Assembly (NCBI GenBank): GCA_017403825.1
Contig: JAFRDO010000014.1
Location: 629 to 64,628, forward strand
Direction: 5' to 3'
DNA: 64,000 bases
DNA from: Kiritimatiellia bacterium
GTDB taxonomy: Bacteria; Verrucomicrobiota; Kiritimatiellia; RFP12; UBA1067
In this document: one piece after another, positions 36,509 through 44,877 of the stretch
How positions within the stretch are numbered: the first letter of the stretch is position 1
Layout of the letters: each line of letters starts with the position of its first letter
The notes under the pieces: model-generated
What the model was told of the DNA's origin: nothing
Databases searched by the model: none
Seen by the model: only the letters and a program-made list of their open reading frames with translations
Translations under genes and position numbers: made by a program

Positions 36509-36798
36509 TGCGCAGGCGCAGCAGCGGCGTTGCCGCCAGAGGGCTCAGCACCATCGTCACCGTAGCCCTTGGCCTTCAGATAATCGACAACCTTGCCGAT
36601 CGTGGTAAGCTTCTCGGCGTCTTCCTCGGGAATAGCCGCTCCAAATTCTTCCTCAAACGCCATGATAAGCTCAACGCTGTCAAGCGAATCGGCACCGAGA
36701 TCGTCGATAAACGAAGCCTCCGGCGTAACCTGATCGGCGTTGACGCCAAGCTGCTCGACGATGATGTCTCTCACGCGTTCTTCAAGTTTTCCTGCCAT
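36505..36798 (-). CDS. acpP: Acyl carrier protein (with ~18-aa Gly/Ala-rich C-terminal extension)
   Basis: [21 protein letters not shown] phosphopantetheine-attachment motif. Located downstream of fabD-fabG. Confidence 0.9.
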   Translation of the reverse strand: MAGKLEERVRDIIVEQLGVNADQVTPEASFIDDLGADSLDSVELIMAFEEEFGAAIPEEDAEKLTTIGKVVDYLKAKGYGDDGAEPSGGNAAAAPAQ

Positions 36799-36831
36799 GT
36801 TCTTTTCAACTCCTTTGTTGTTGGTGCTATT

Positions 36832-36840
36832 ATTTTACCA
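36832..36840 (-). promoter_or_regulatory. Possible extended -10 element TGGTAAAAT upstream of acpP
   Basis: The reverse complement of 36832..36840 is TGGTAAAAT, in the 70-nt fabG-acpP spacer. Confidence 0.3.
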
Positions 36841-36868
36841 AATTTCCCGATGAGTGCGCAAGGGGGTA

Positions 36869-37600
36869 TCAGACCATACCCCCGTTGACGCTTATGACCT
36901 GCCCGGTCACATACGAGGCAGCGTCCGACGCAAGCCATGCGACGGCGTTGGCGACGTCCGTTGCTTCCCCGAACCGCTTCAGCGGAATGGTCTGGGCATA
37001 CTGGTTCTTGACGTCCTCGGGCAGCACGTCCGTCATCTGCGAACGTATGAACCCCGGGGCGACCGCATTGCAGCGTATCTGCCGCGAGCCAAGCTCCTTG
37101 GCTACAGTCTTCGTCAGCGCGATGACGCCACCCTTGGACGAAGTGTAGTTCGCCTGCCCGGCGTTGCCGGTGATGCCCACGACCGACGCGATGTTGACGA
37201 TTGCGCCGCCGGACGGCTGCCCGTCCGCCCCCTTGTTCTTCATCATCGGACGCGACACCGCGCGAGTGAAGAGGAACGTGCCCTTGAGGTTGATGTCGAT
37301 CACCTGGTCCCAGTCGGCGTCGGACATCCTCATCAGCAGCCCGTCCTTCGTTATGCCGGCGTTGTTGACTAGGATATCGACCCGGCCGAACTTCGCAACC
37401 GTCTCCTTCACGCAGGCATCTACTTGCTCGGCGTTCGACACGTCAACCTTAAGGCAAAGCGAAGCGCCCGGACACGACTCGATGGAGCGCGCGCAGGCGA
37501 CGACCGTGGCCCCCTCCGCGGCAAGCTTGCCCACTATCGCCGCGCCGATTCCGCGCGACGCGCCGGTGACTATCGCTATGCGGCCATCAAGCGTACCCAT
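36869..37600 (-). CDS. fabG: 3-oxoacyl-[ACP] reductase
   Basis: IVTGASRGIGAAI, NNAGITKD, YTSSKGGVIALTK, and the C-terminal YVTGQVISVNGGMV. Classic FabG, located between fabD and acpP. Confidence 0.9.
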   Translation of the reverse strand: MGTLDGRIAIVTGASRGIGAAIVGKLAAEGATVVACARSIESCPGASLCLKVDVSNAEQVDACVKETVAKFGRVDILVNNAGITKDGLLMRMSDADWDQVIDINLKGTFLFTRAVSRPMMKNKGADGQPSGGAIVNIASVVGITGNAGQANYTSSKGGVIALTKTVAKELGSRQIRCNAVAPGFIRSQMTDVLPEDVKNQYAQTIPLKRFGEATDVANAVAWLASDAASYVTGQVISVNGGMV

Positions 37601-37601
37601 T

Positions 37602-38522
37602 TCACAGCCCTCCTGCGGTTTCTTCCAGCGACGTGACGTCGGAGACGTTGAACGTAGCCAACGTGGCGTCGATCTTCTTCACCAGGCCCGACAGCACCTT
37701 GCCGGGGCCGAACTCCACGAACGCCGTGCAGCCAAGCGCCTTGGCCGCCTCGACGTCTGCCGCCCAGTTCGTCGTGCCGGTGACCTGCTCTAGCATCGCC
37801 GCCTTGATCGCCCCAGGGTCGGACGAGTGGGGCTGGCCGGTCACGTTGGAGAGAACCGGGAAACGCGGCACGCCAAACGTGACGGAATCCAGCACGGGGG
37901 CCAGCTTCTCGCGGGCGGACGCCATGAACGGCGAATGGAACGCCCCGGCCGTAGCCAGCGGAATCGCCCGCTTGATGCCAAGCTCCTTGGCGGCAGCGGC
38001 GGCGGCGGTTATCGCGTCCTTCGAGCCAGACAGCACCTGCTGTGCCGCAGAATTAACGTTTGCGACTGTGCAGCCGGTCCGCTCGCAGAGCGCCTTGAGC
38101 TGGTCGGGCGACGCGCCGACGATGGCGATCATGCCGGACGGGGTTGCCTCGCAGGCCTCCTGCATGAAGCGTCCGCGCGCCTCCAGCACCTTAAGGGTGG
38201 AGTCAAAATCCAGCACGCCGGCGGCGCAGAGCGCCCCCCACTCGCCAAGCGACAGCCCGGCGGCGCAGGCGAAGTCAATTGCCTTGCGCTTGCGCAAGGC
38301 CGTGTACGCAGCATAGCTCACGACGAAAATCGCGGGCTGGCAGACGTTCGACTTCACGAGCTCCTCGGCCGGGCCCTCGAAGCAAACCTTCTTGAGGTCG
38401 AAGCCGAGGACGGCGTTAGCCTTGTCGAAGAACCCCATCGCCTCGGCATCCGCCTCGGCGAAGTCCTTGCCCATGCCGGGAACCTGGGCGCCTTGACCGG
38501 CAAACATGCAACAGTAACTCAT
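37602..38522 (-). CDS. fabD: Malonyl-CoA:ACP transacylase
   Basis: FAGQGAQVPGMG and the active-site GLSLGEW motif; 306 aa; typical synteny. Confidence 0.9.
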   Translation of the reverse strand: MSYCCMFAGQGAQVPGMGKDFAEADAEAMGFFDKANAVLGFDLKKVCFEGPAEELVKSNVCQPAIFVVSYAAYTALRKRKAIDFACAAGLSLGEWGALCAAGVLDFDSTLKVLEARGRFMQEACEATPSGMIAIVGASPDQLKALCERTGCTVANVNSAAQQVLSGSKDAITAAAAAAKELGIKRAIPLATAGAFHSPFMASAREKLAPVLDSVTFGVPRFPVLSNVTGQPHSSDPGAIKAAMLEQVTGTTNWAADVEAAKALGCTAFVEFGPGKVLSGLVKKIDATLATFNVSDVTSLEETAGGL

Positions 38523-38529
38523 AGGTTCT

Positions 38530-38538
38530 ATTATATCA
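38530..38538 (-). promoter_or_regulatory. Extended -10 element TGATATAAT upstream of fabD
   Basis: The reverse complement of 38530..38538 is TGATATAAT, 8 nt from ATG 38522 (near-leaderless geometry). Confidence 0.4.
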
Positions 38539-38543
38539 TACTT

Positions 38544-39422
38544 TCAGGCTGCGCGCTCGCGGGCGTAGAGGAGCACGGCCATGGATACGATGGTTGCGAA
38601 GCCGAGGCAGCTCCAGGCGTCCGGTACCTGCCCGAACGCCATGAAGCCGAACGCGGAGACGAATATCAGCCCCGAATAGTCGTAGACGGCGATCTGCCGC
38701 GGCTCGGCGAACCGATACGCCCAGGTTATGCCGAACTGCCCGAGCGCCGCGCCTGCCCCCGCCCCGCCCAGCGCCGCCAGCTGTGCGCCGTTCATCGGCT
38801 TGCTTCCCACCGCAATGAACGGCAAGCACGCCAGGCAGGAGAACACCGAGAAGAACAGGACAATGAATGTTCCGCTGACGCCGCGGCGCCCGAGCCGGTG
38901 CAGCAGGGCGTACGCAAAACCGGCGAACGCCCCGCTCGACAACCCGACCAGCGACGGGAGCGTAAGGCCGCCCGAGAAGCCTGGCTTCACCACGAGCATC
39001 GCCCCCAGGAACGCCCCCATGACGCACAAGAGCTGCCTCGGGCGCATGCGCTCGCCTAGGAACACCCAGCAGGCGAGAAGCGTGAAGAACGGAGCCGTCT
39101 TGTTCAGCGCCATCGCGTCACACAGCGGAATGACTGAAATCGCATAGAAGTTGGTGAAGACGCCGAGCGTGCCGCAGAGGGCGCGCAACACGAGCGCCAG
39201 CCAGTCGCCCGCCGACATGGGGCCGCCGCGCCGCAGCGCAGGGTCGCGGCGACGCATCCGCAGGAACGCCGGCAGAGCCAGCGCCACCGCGACAAGATTG
39301 CGGAAGAACGCCTTCTGGATCGCAGGCAACGGCTCGCCCACGACGTCCGCCATGCGCACGAACATCGCCATCAGCGCGAACCCGAACGCGCTCAGGCAGA
39401 TGCAGACGATGCCGCGACGCAT
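38544..39422 (-). CDS. EamA/DMT-superfamily transporter
   Basis: 292 aa with ~10 hydrophobic helices and a two-EamA-repeat organisation. Confidence 0.75.
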   Translation of the reverse strand: MRRGIVCICLSAFGFALMAMFVRMADVVGEPLPAIQKAFFRNLVAVALALPAFLRMRRRDPALRRGGPMSAGDWLALVLRALCGTLGVFTNFYAISVIPLCDAMALNKTAPFFTLLACWVFLGERMRPRQLLCVMGAFLGAMLVVKPGFSGGLTLPSLVGLSSGAFAGFAYALLHRLGRRGVSGTFIVLFFSVFSCLACLPFIAVGSKPMNGAQLAALGGAGAGAALGQFGITWAYRFAEPRQIAVYDYSGLIFVSAFGFMAFGQVPDAWSCLGFATIVSMAVLLYARERAA

Positions 39423-39423
39423 G

Positions 39424-41094
39424 TCAGATGTGCTGCGGCGTCTCTATGCCTAGCAGGTTCAGGCCGGTGCGCAATATGCGGCCGAAGAGGGCGCACAGCC
39501 CGAGCCGCGCCTCGCGCACCGCCGCCTCGCTCTTCAGGATCGGCGAGTTCTGGTAGAAGCTCGAATAGAGCTGCGCCGTCTGGAAGAGATAGTCGGCCAG
39601 TACGGACGGCTTGTACGCCTCGGCAGCCCTGACGACCGCGCCGGGGAACTCCAGCAGCTGCAGGGCGAGACGCTTCTCGCTCGGCGTCTCGACCGCGAAC
39701 GTTCCGCCGGACGGCCCCGACGCATCCGCGCCGGCCTTCGCCATCAGGGAACAGACGCGCGCATATGCATACTGCAAGTAAGGGCCCGAATTGCCCTCCA
39801 GCGCAAGCGCCTTGTCCCAGCTGAAGTCAATGTCCGTCGCAGGATCGTGGGAAAGGTCGGAGTACTTCACGGCCCCGTAGCCTATCTGCTCGGCGAGCTT
39901 CTCGTCACCGCCGCGGTCCTGCACGATCTCGAGCGCCCGGCGCTTCGCCTCAGTCAACAGGTCGTCAAGGCGTATCAAGTTGCCCTCGCGGGTCGAGATC
40001 GCCTTGCCCTGGTAGGACATGAGGCCGAAGGGAACGTGCACGAGCTTGACGTCCGTGTAGCCCATCTTCGCCGCAATCGAGAACCACTGCTTGAAATGCA
40101 GCTGCTGACGCGCGTCCGTCACGTATATGATGCGCTCGGGGACGTATTCCTCGACGCGCGTCTTGACGCACGCGAGGTCGCTCGTCGTGTAGTTGTAGCC
40201 GCCGTCGGACTTCCTGACTATCGCGACGCCAAGCTTCTCAGCCTCGAGGTTGACGACAAGCGCGCCCTCGCTTTCCACGGCAAGACCCATCTCTTGCAGC
40301 CTTGCGACGACGCCGGGCATGACGTCGTTGTAGTAGGACTCTCCGCGGTATGTGTCGAACTTCACGCCCAGCTTCGCGTACATGCGCTCGAACTCGCCTA
40401 TCGAGATGTCGATGAACCGCTTCCAGAGCGCAAGGTTGTCGGCATCGCCCTGCTGGAGCTTCACCAGCTCGGCGCGGCAGGCGTCTTTCCAGGTTTCGTC
40501 GGCCTTGGCCTTCGCGGCGGAAAGCACGTAGCACTTCTCAAGCGCGGCGACGGTGAGGTTGGCGCGCTCGTCGTCGGAAAGGCATTCGCGGTAACCCTTG
40601 ATGAGAATGCCGAACTGCGTTCCCCAGTCTCCGAGGTGGTTGTCGGCGATAACCTCATAGCCGAGTGCGCGAAAGATGCGGTCAAGGGCTCCTCCTATCA
40701 CGGTAGAGCGGATATGGCCGATGTGCATCTGCTTCGCCGCGTTCGGAGACGAGTAGTCGATGACAACCCTCTTGCCCGCGCCGTTCTGCGGAATGCCGCA
40801 ACCAGGCTTGGCGGCGAGGTCCGCAAGCGCGGCGGCCAGCCAGGCGGCGGATACCGTAAGGTTGAGGAAGCCGGGTCCTGCAACCTCCGCCTTGAGCGAC
40901 GGATCTATGTTGGCGGCGACCTTTGCTGCGACTTCGCGCGGCGGCATTCCGAGCCGTTTTGCGATCTTGAGAGCGTCGTTGCACTGGTAGTCGCCGAACT
41001 TCGGATCCGTCGCGGGCGTCACCCTGACAAAGCCGAAGTCTTCCCCCGGAAACGCCTTCTCGAAGGCCGACCTCACGGTTGCGTCAAGTTTCAT
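39424..41094 (-). CDS. argS: Arginine--tRNA ligase
   Basis: 556 aa. Class-I HIGH motif (NAAKQMHIGHIRS), typical ArgS N-terminal and anticodon-binding regions, and the C-terminus ...LLGIETPQHI. Confidence 0.95.
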   Translation of the reverse strand: MKLDATVRSAFEKAFPGEDFGFVRVTPATDPKFGDYQCNDALKIAKRLGMPPREVAAKVAANIDPSLKAEVAGPGFLNLTVSAAWLAAALADLAAKPGCGIPQNGAGKRVVIDYSSPNAAKQMHIGHIRSTVIGGALDRIFRALGYEVIADNHLGDWGTQFGILIKGYRECLSDDERANLTVAALEKCYVLSAAKAKADETWKDACRAELVKLQQGDADNLALWKRFIDISIGEFERMYAKLGVKFDTYRGESYYNDVMPGVVARLQEMGLAVESEGALVVNLEAEKLGVAIVRKSDGGYNYTTSDLACVKTRVEEYVPERIIYVTDARQQLHFKQWFSIAAKMGYTDVKLVHVPFGLMSYQGKAISTREGNLIRLDDLLTEAKRRALEIVQDRGGDEKLAEQIGYGAVKYSDLSHDPATDIDFSWDKALALEGNSGPYLQYAYARVCSLMAKAGADASGPSGGTFAVETPSEKRLALQLLEFPGAVVRAAEAYKPSVLADYLFQTAQLYSSFYQNSPILKSEAAVREARLGLCALFGRILRTGLNLLGIETPQHI

Positions 41095-41129
41095 ATCTCC
41101 ATTGTCTTTCTGCCATACAGGATTTTGGT

Positions 41130-41138
41130 ATTATAACA
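41130..41138 (-). promoter_or_regulatory. Extended -10 element TGTTATAAT upstream of argS
   Basis: The reverse complement of 41130..41138 is TGTTATAAT, ~36 nt upstream of ATG 41094. Confidence 0.4.
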
Positions 41139-41198
41139 TAATCTAGGGAGGAGGTCGCGGGCGCCGCCACGGCACTACTTGCCGTACGGGCTGTCGTT

Positions 41199-41207
41199 TG
41201 ATACACT
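41199..41207 (+). promoter_or_regulatory. Possible extended -10 element TGATACACT for the metallophosphoesterase gene
   Basis: The element lies ~50 nt upstream of ATG 41256, with RBS GAAGG before the start. Confidence 0.3.
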
Positions 41208-41255
41208 ACAGTCATCTGTCCAAACCTGTTCCAACATGCAAAGAAGAAGGTTGTA

Positions 41256-42809
41256 ATGAGCATCAAGGTATCGCGCAGATGGTTTATCGGCGGACTCGCC
41301 TCATACGGCGCGTTCGGCGGCAACCGGGTGTTCTGCGCACACGCCGGAAAATTCACGGGCGGCAAGCCCAACCTCACGTTCGGCGTCGTGAGCGACGTGC
41401 ACGTGCGCCTGGGGCCGACCGGCGAAGGCTTCGCCAAGGGCAGCGACACCACAACCTTAATCCACACCCTCGAATGGTTCCGCGACCAGAATGTGGATGC
41501 CGTGATGATCGTGGGCGACATCGCCGACAAGGGCCTCGTGGACGAGCTACAGGCCGTGGCGGGCGCCTGGTTCAAGGTGTTTCCGGACGACAAGGCTCCC
41601 GACGGACGCCACGTCCAGCGTCTCTTCGTCTACGGCAACCACGACTACGAGGGCTTCAACTACGGCGGCTACGCGAAGAAGATCTGGGAAGACGAGACGG
41701 AGCGCGCCAAGCATGTCCTGCGCACCGACCAGAAGGCGAACTGGGAGAACATCTTCCACGAGGAATATTCTCCGATAATGAGCTGGAACGTAAAAGGATA
41801 CGCCTTCGTGGGCGGGCACTGGACGGCCGACAAGTGCCGTGGCTGGGAGGAGACCGGCATCGGCGGAGTGGAGGAGTTCTTCGACGCGCACCGCAGCCTG
41901 CTCGATCCCAAGAAGCCCTTCTTCTACTTCCAGCACCCGCACCCCAAGGACACTTGCTACGGCTCGTGGGCCTGGGGTCACGACGACGGCCGGGCGACGC
42001 GCGCCCTCTCCGCGTTTCCGAACGCCATCGCGTTCTCCGGCCACTCGCACACTACGCTCACGCACGACCAGTCCATCTGGCAGGGCGCGTTCACGTCGCT
42101 CGGCACCAGTTCGCTCCGCTACACGGGCGGGGCCTACGCCAAGGCGCGCCTTCCCATGGGCTACGAGAACGGCGGAGGTGCCGCGGCATACGACGCCTGC
42201 AAGATCACGGGCGGCTACGGCAGCACGATGGACGGGCGCCAGGGCATGCTCGTGCGCGTGTACGACAGCCATGTCGCGTTCACGCGCCGCGAGTTCGTCT
42301 ACGACCAGTCCCTCGGCGAAGACTGGGTGCTGCCCCTGCCGGCGGCGGAGCCAAAGCCCTTCTCGTTCGCCGAACACGCCAAGCGGTCGATCGCGCCGGA
42401 ATTCCCGGCAGGCGCCGCGCTCCTCGTCTCGCGGGCGCGCGGCAAGAACCGTGGCGCCGCCGCAAAAGGCACAACCCCCGCCGTCCCGTCCGAGGAAAAG
42501 CCCATCTTCGTGCTCGACTTCCCGGCGGCTGATGCCGTCAGGGGCGGACGCGTGTTCGACTACGAGATCGTAGCCGCTCCTAAGGACGGCGGCGGGAAAG
42601 TGAAGCGCTACCTGATGGCGGACGGCTACAACATGTCCGAAGACAACCCGCGCACGCACCGTCCGCAGACGGTCCGCATAGCGGCCGACCAGCTGCCGCA
42701 GGGCGTCAAGTTCCGCTTTGCGGTGCGCCCGGTCAACTCGCTCGGCAAGCCCGGCCGCCCGATCGTCAGCGACTGGCAGCAAGCCGTCATCGCCGCTGAC
42801 AAGTCATAA
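41256..42809 (+). CDS. Tat-exported calcineurin-like metallophosphoesterase
   Basis: Twin-arginine signal SRRWFIGGLASYGAFGG. Metallophosphoesterase motifs: GVVSDVH, GDIADKG, GNHD, GHWT, GHSH. The C-terminal part looks like a beta-sandwich. Confidence 0.8.
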   Translation: MSIKVSRRWFIGGLASYGAFGGNRVFCAHAGKFTGGKPNLTFGVVSDVHVRLGPTGEGFAKGSDTTTLIHTLEWFRDQNVDAVMIVGDIADKGLVDELQAVAGAWFKVFPDDKAPDGRHVQRLFVYGNHDYEGFNYGGYAKKIWEDETERAKHVLRTDQKANWENIFHEEYSPIMSWNVKGYAFVGGHWTADKCRGWEETGIGGVEEFFDAHRSLLDPKKPFFYFQHPHPKDTCYGSWAWGHDDGRATRALSAFPNAIAFSGHSHTTLTHDQSIWQGAFTSLGTSSLRYTGGAYAKARLPMGYENGGGAAAYDACKITGGYGSTMDGRQGMLVRVYDSHVAFTRREFVYDQSLGEDWVLPLPAAEPKPFSFAEHAKRSIAPEFPAGAALLVSRARGKNRGAAAKGTTPAVPSEEKPIFVLDFPAADAVRGGRVFDYEIVAAPKDGGGKVKRYLMADGYNMSEDNPRTHRPQTVRIAADQLPQGVKFRFAVRPVNSLGKPGRPIVSDWQQAVIAADKS

Positions 42810-42827
42810 CCGAAAGCGGCGCCGCCG

Positions 42828-43529
42828 CTACTGCTGCGGCTGGGCCGGCGACTCGTCCGGCAGCTGCTTTGTCACGTCAAGGATCCAGGCGGCATCCTTC
42901 CAGCATGGGTGCTTCGTGTCCTTGATGACCTCGCGCAGCACGGGCAGTTTCACTGCCTCTTCGCGGTTGAGTATGTCGCTGAACACGGTGTCGATAGTCT
43001 CCGGATCCTGGCCCTTGTCCATCAGCACGCCCGCAAGCAGCATGACGTTCTCGTCGGGTATGAGGTTCAGGGCGCGGTGAATGCACTCGTCCTTGCGGTC
43101 GGCGGGAACCTTGCGGAACAGTTCCACGAAGGCGTCGACCTCGGCGAGCGTCGGCGGATCCCCGGACGACGTCTCCATCCACTTGTCCGTCAGCGCGTCA
43201 AACTCCTCGACAATCTTTTCGGCCTCTGCCTCGGCCTTTTCCTCCTCGGTCGGCTCTTCGGCGGGCTCGTCGTCCCCGTCGGCAGCCGCCTTGCCGGCCT
43301 TCGCCCTGGCGGCCCGTGCGCCAGCCTTGCCCTTCTTGCCGGGCGCGACTTCCAGCGGAATGTCGCCCTTGAAGTCGTCCAGCAGCTCCTTGTCGTTCGG
43401 CTCCATACGCTCGAACTCGCGTTCAAGGTCCGCCTGCCCCGTCGCCGGACTGCGGACGGCAGTGCAAATCCACAGCGCCACGGCGGCAAGTGCCACGGCG
43501 ACCAACGTCAATACGGCCAGTTTCTTCAT
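42828..43529 (-). CDS. N-terminally anchored hypothetical protein with acidic/basic linker and helical-repeat C-domain (last gene of the long minus-strand operon)
   Basis: 233 aa, RBS AAGGAGAGG, signal/anchor MKKLAVLTLVAVALAAVALWICTA. No recognisable catalytic motif. Confidence 0.5.
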   Translation of the reverse strand: MKKLAVLTLVAVALAAVALWICTAVRSPATGQADLEREFERMEPNDKELLDDFKGDIPLEVAPGKKGKAGARAARAKAGKAAADGDDEPAEEPTEEEKAEAEAEKIVEEFDALTDKWMETSSGDPPTLAEVDAFVELFRKVPADRKDECIHRALNLIPDENVMLLAGVLMDKGQDPETIDTVFSDILNREEAVKLPVLREVIKDTKHPCWKDAAWILDVTKQLPDESPAQPQQ

Positions 43530-43545
43530 CTTATGCCTCTCCTTG

Positions 43546-44877
43546 TCAGCGGGCGCCGCGCATGAACACGACGGCGGCGAACGTCTTCTTCAGAATCCAG
43601 AGGTCGAGCCAGGGCGACCAGTTTAGTATGTAGTGCACGTCAAGAGCGACACGGCGCACGTAGTCGGTGTTGCTGCGGCCAGACGCCTGCCACAGTCCGG
43701 TTACGCCGGGCTTGACGGACGAGAACGTGGCGTAGTCGTCGCCGTAGTAGTGCACCTCCCCCTCCACGATGGGGCGCGGGCCGACAAGCGTCATGTCGCC
43801 GGCGAACACGTTGAAGAGCTGAGGGAACTCGTCGAGCGACGTCCGGCGCAGGAACCGGCCGAGCGGAGTCACGCGCGGGTCGTCCGCCAGCTTGAAGTTC
43901 GCCTCCCATTCGGCCTTCTTCACCGGGTCGGACGCAAGAATCGCCGCCAAACGGTCGTCCGCGTCAACGTACATCGTGCGGAACTTCCAGACGCGCAGGG
44001 GCCGTCCCCACTTGCCGAGCCTGTTGTGGCGGTAGAACACCGGGCCGCGCGAGGTCAGCTTTATCAGCACGGGGATTATGACGAAGAGCGGCAGGGAGCA
44101 GATGAAGACGAACAGGGCCAGCGACTTGTCAAGCAACCACTTCTCGAACCGAAGAAGACGCATGCGGCGCTGGCTGGCGAACTCGATGCCGCCGCGTCCA
44201 TCCACCGAGGTCGAGCGAGCCCCGGCCAAGGGCAGCGCGCCGGAAGGCGGAATGTACTCTATGTACGAATAGCGCTGCGCGTATTCGGGGTAGCGGGTGC
44301 GGAAATCGGTCATCTCCTCGCACGAGAACAGCACATGCGGCCTGGCGGACGCAGCGACGGCGCGGAATCCCGCGTAGGCGTCATTGTCCAGCGCCACAGA
44401 GAGCCGCCGCACTGCATCCTCAGGCCCGACGACTGCGGCGGGTATGCGAAAGATGCGGAAGCGCGAGATCACAATGCGCACCAGGTCTCGCATCGGCTGC
44501 ACCAGAATGGCGGTGAACACGCCGGAGAACACGGTCACCACGCGGGAAGTCTCCTTGAGCGTCTGGTTGGTCAACGCTATGTAGGCGACCAGGGCCATGT
44601 GCGTAAGGAGCGCCGAAGCGATAAGCCTGCGCATCTCCTCAACCGGCGACACGGGCGCAGCCGGATAGGCGAAGCGGCCCTGATAGAGCCGAAACGCCAC
44701 GTTCACAATGACGAACGCCACGAGCGCCGGCCAGAGCCGCAGGTAGAAAGTCCATCCGTAAAGGTAGCGCCCGACGCCAATGGCCCAGTAAGCCCAGACG
44801 TCGAACGCCCAGACCGCCGCCATCGTCACGACGTCGGTCAGCACGAGAACGAGAACGCGAAGCCTCGCCTCCGTCAC
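43546..44877 (-). CDS. Polyprenyl-phosphate glycosyl-1-phosphate transferase (WbaP/EpsL-type bacterial sugar transferase)
   Basis: The frame is that of ORF 43546..44949. GTG 44877 overlaps the upstream stop (GTGA). N-terminal TM helices and a C-terminal Bac_transf core: RPLRVWKFRTM...[38 protein letters not shown]. Confidence 0.85.
   Translation of the reverse strand: MTEARLRVLVLVLTDVVTMAAVWAFDVWAYWAIGVGRYLYGWTFYLRLWPALVAFVIVNVAFRLYQGRFAYPAAPVSPVEEMRRLIASALLTHMALVAYIALTNQTLKETSRVVTVFSGVFTAILVQPMRDLVRIVISRFRIFRIPAAVVGPEDAVRRLSVALDNDAYAGFRAVAASARPHVLFSCEEMTDFRTRYPEYAQRYSYIEYIPPSGALPLAGARSTSVDGRGGIEFASQRRMRLLRFEKWLLDKSLALFVFICSLPLFVIIPVLIKLTSRGPVFYRHNRLGKWGRPLRVWKFRTMYVDADDRLAAILASDPVKKAEWEANFKLADDPRVTPLGRFLRRTSLDEFPQLFNVFAGDMTLVGPRPIVEGEVHYYGDDYATFSSVKPGVTGLWQASGRSNTDYVRRVALDVHYILNWSPWLDLWILKKTFAAVVFMRGAR

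Noticed and set aside
42813-42831. Palindrome AGCGGCGCCGCCGCT between the convergent genes as a bidirectional terminator
   Set aside because: It has essentially no loop, no flanking U-run, and overlaps the minus-strand stop codon. It cannot be supported as a terminator.
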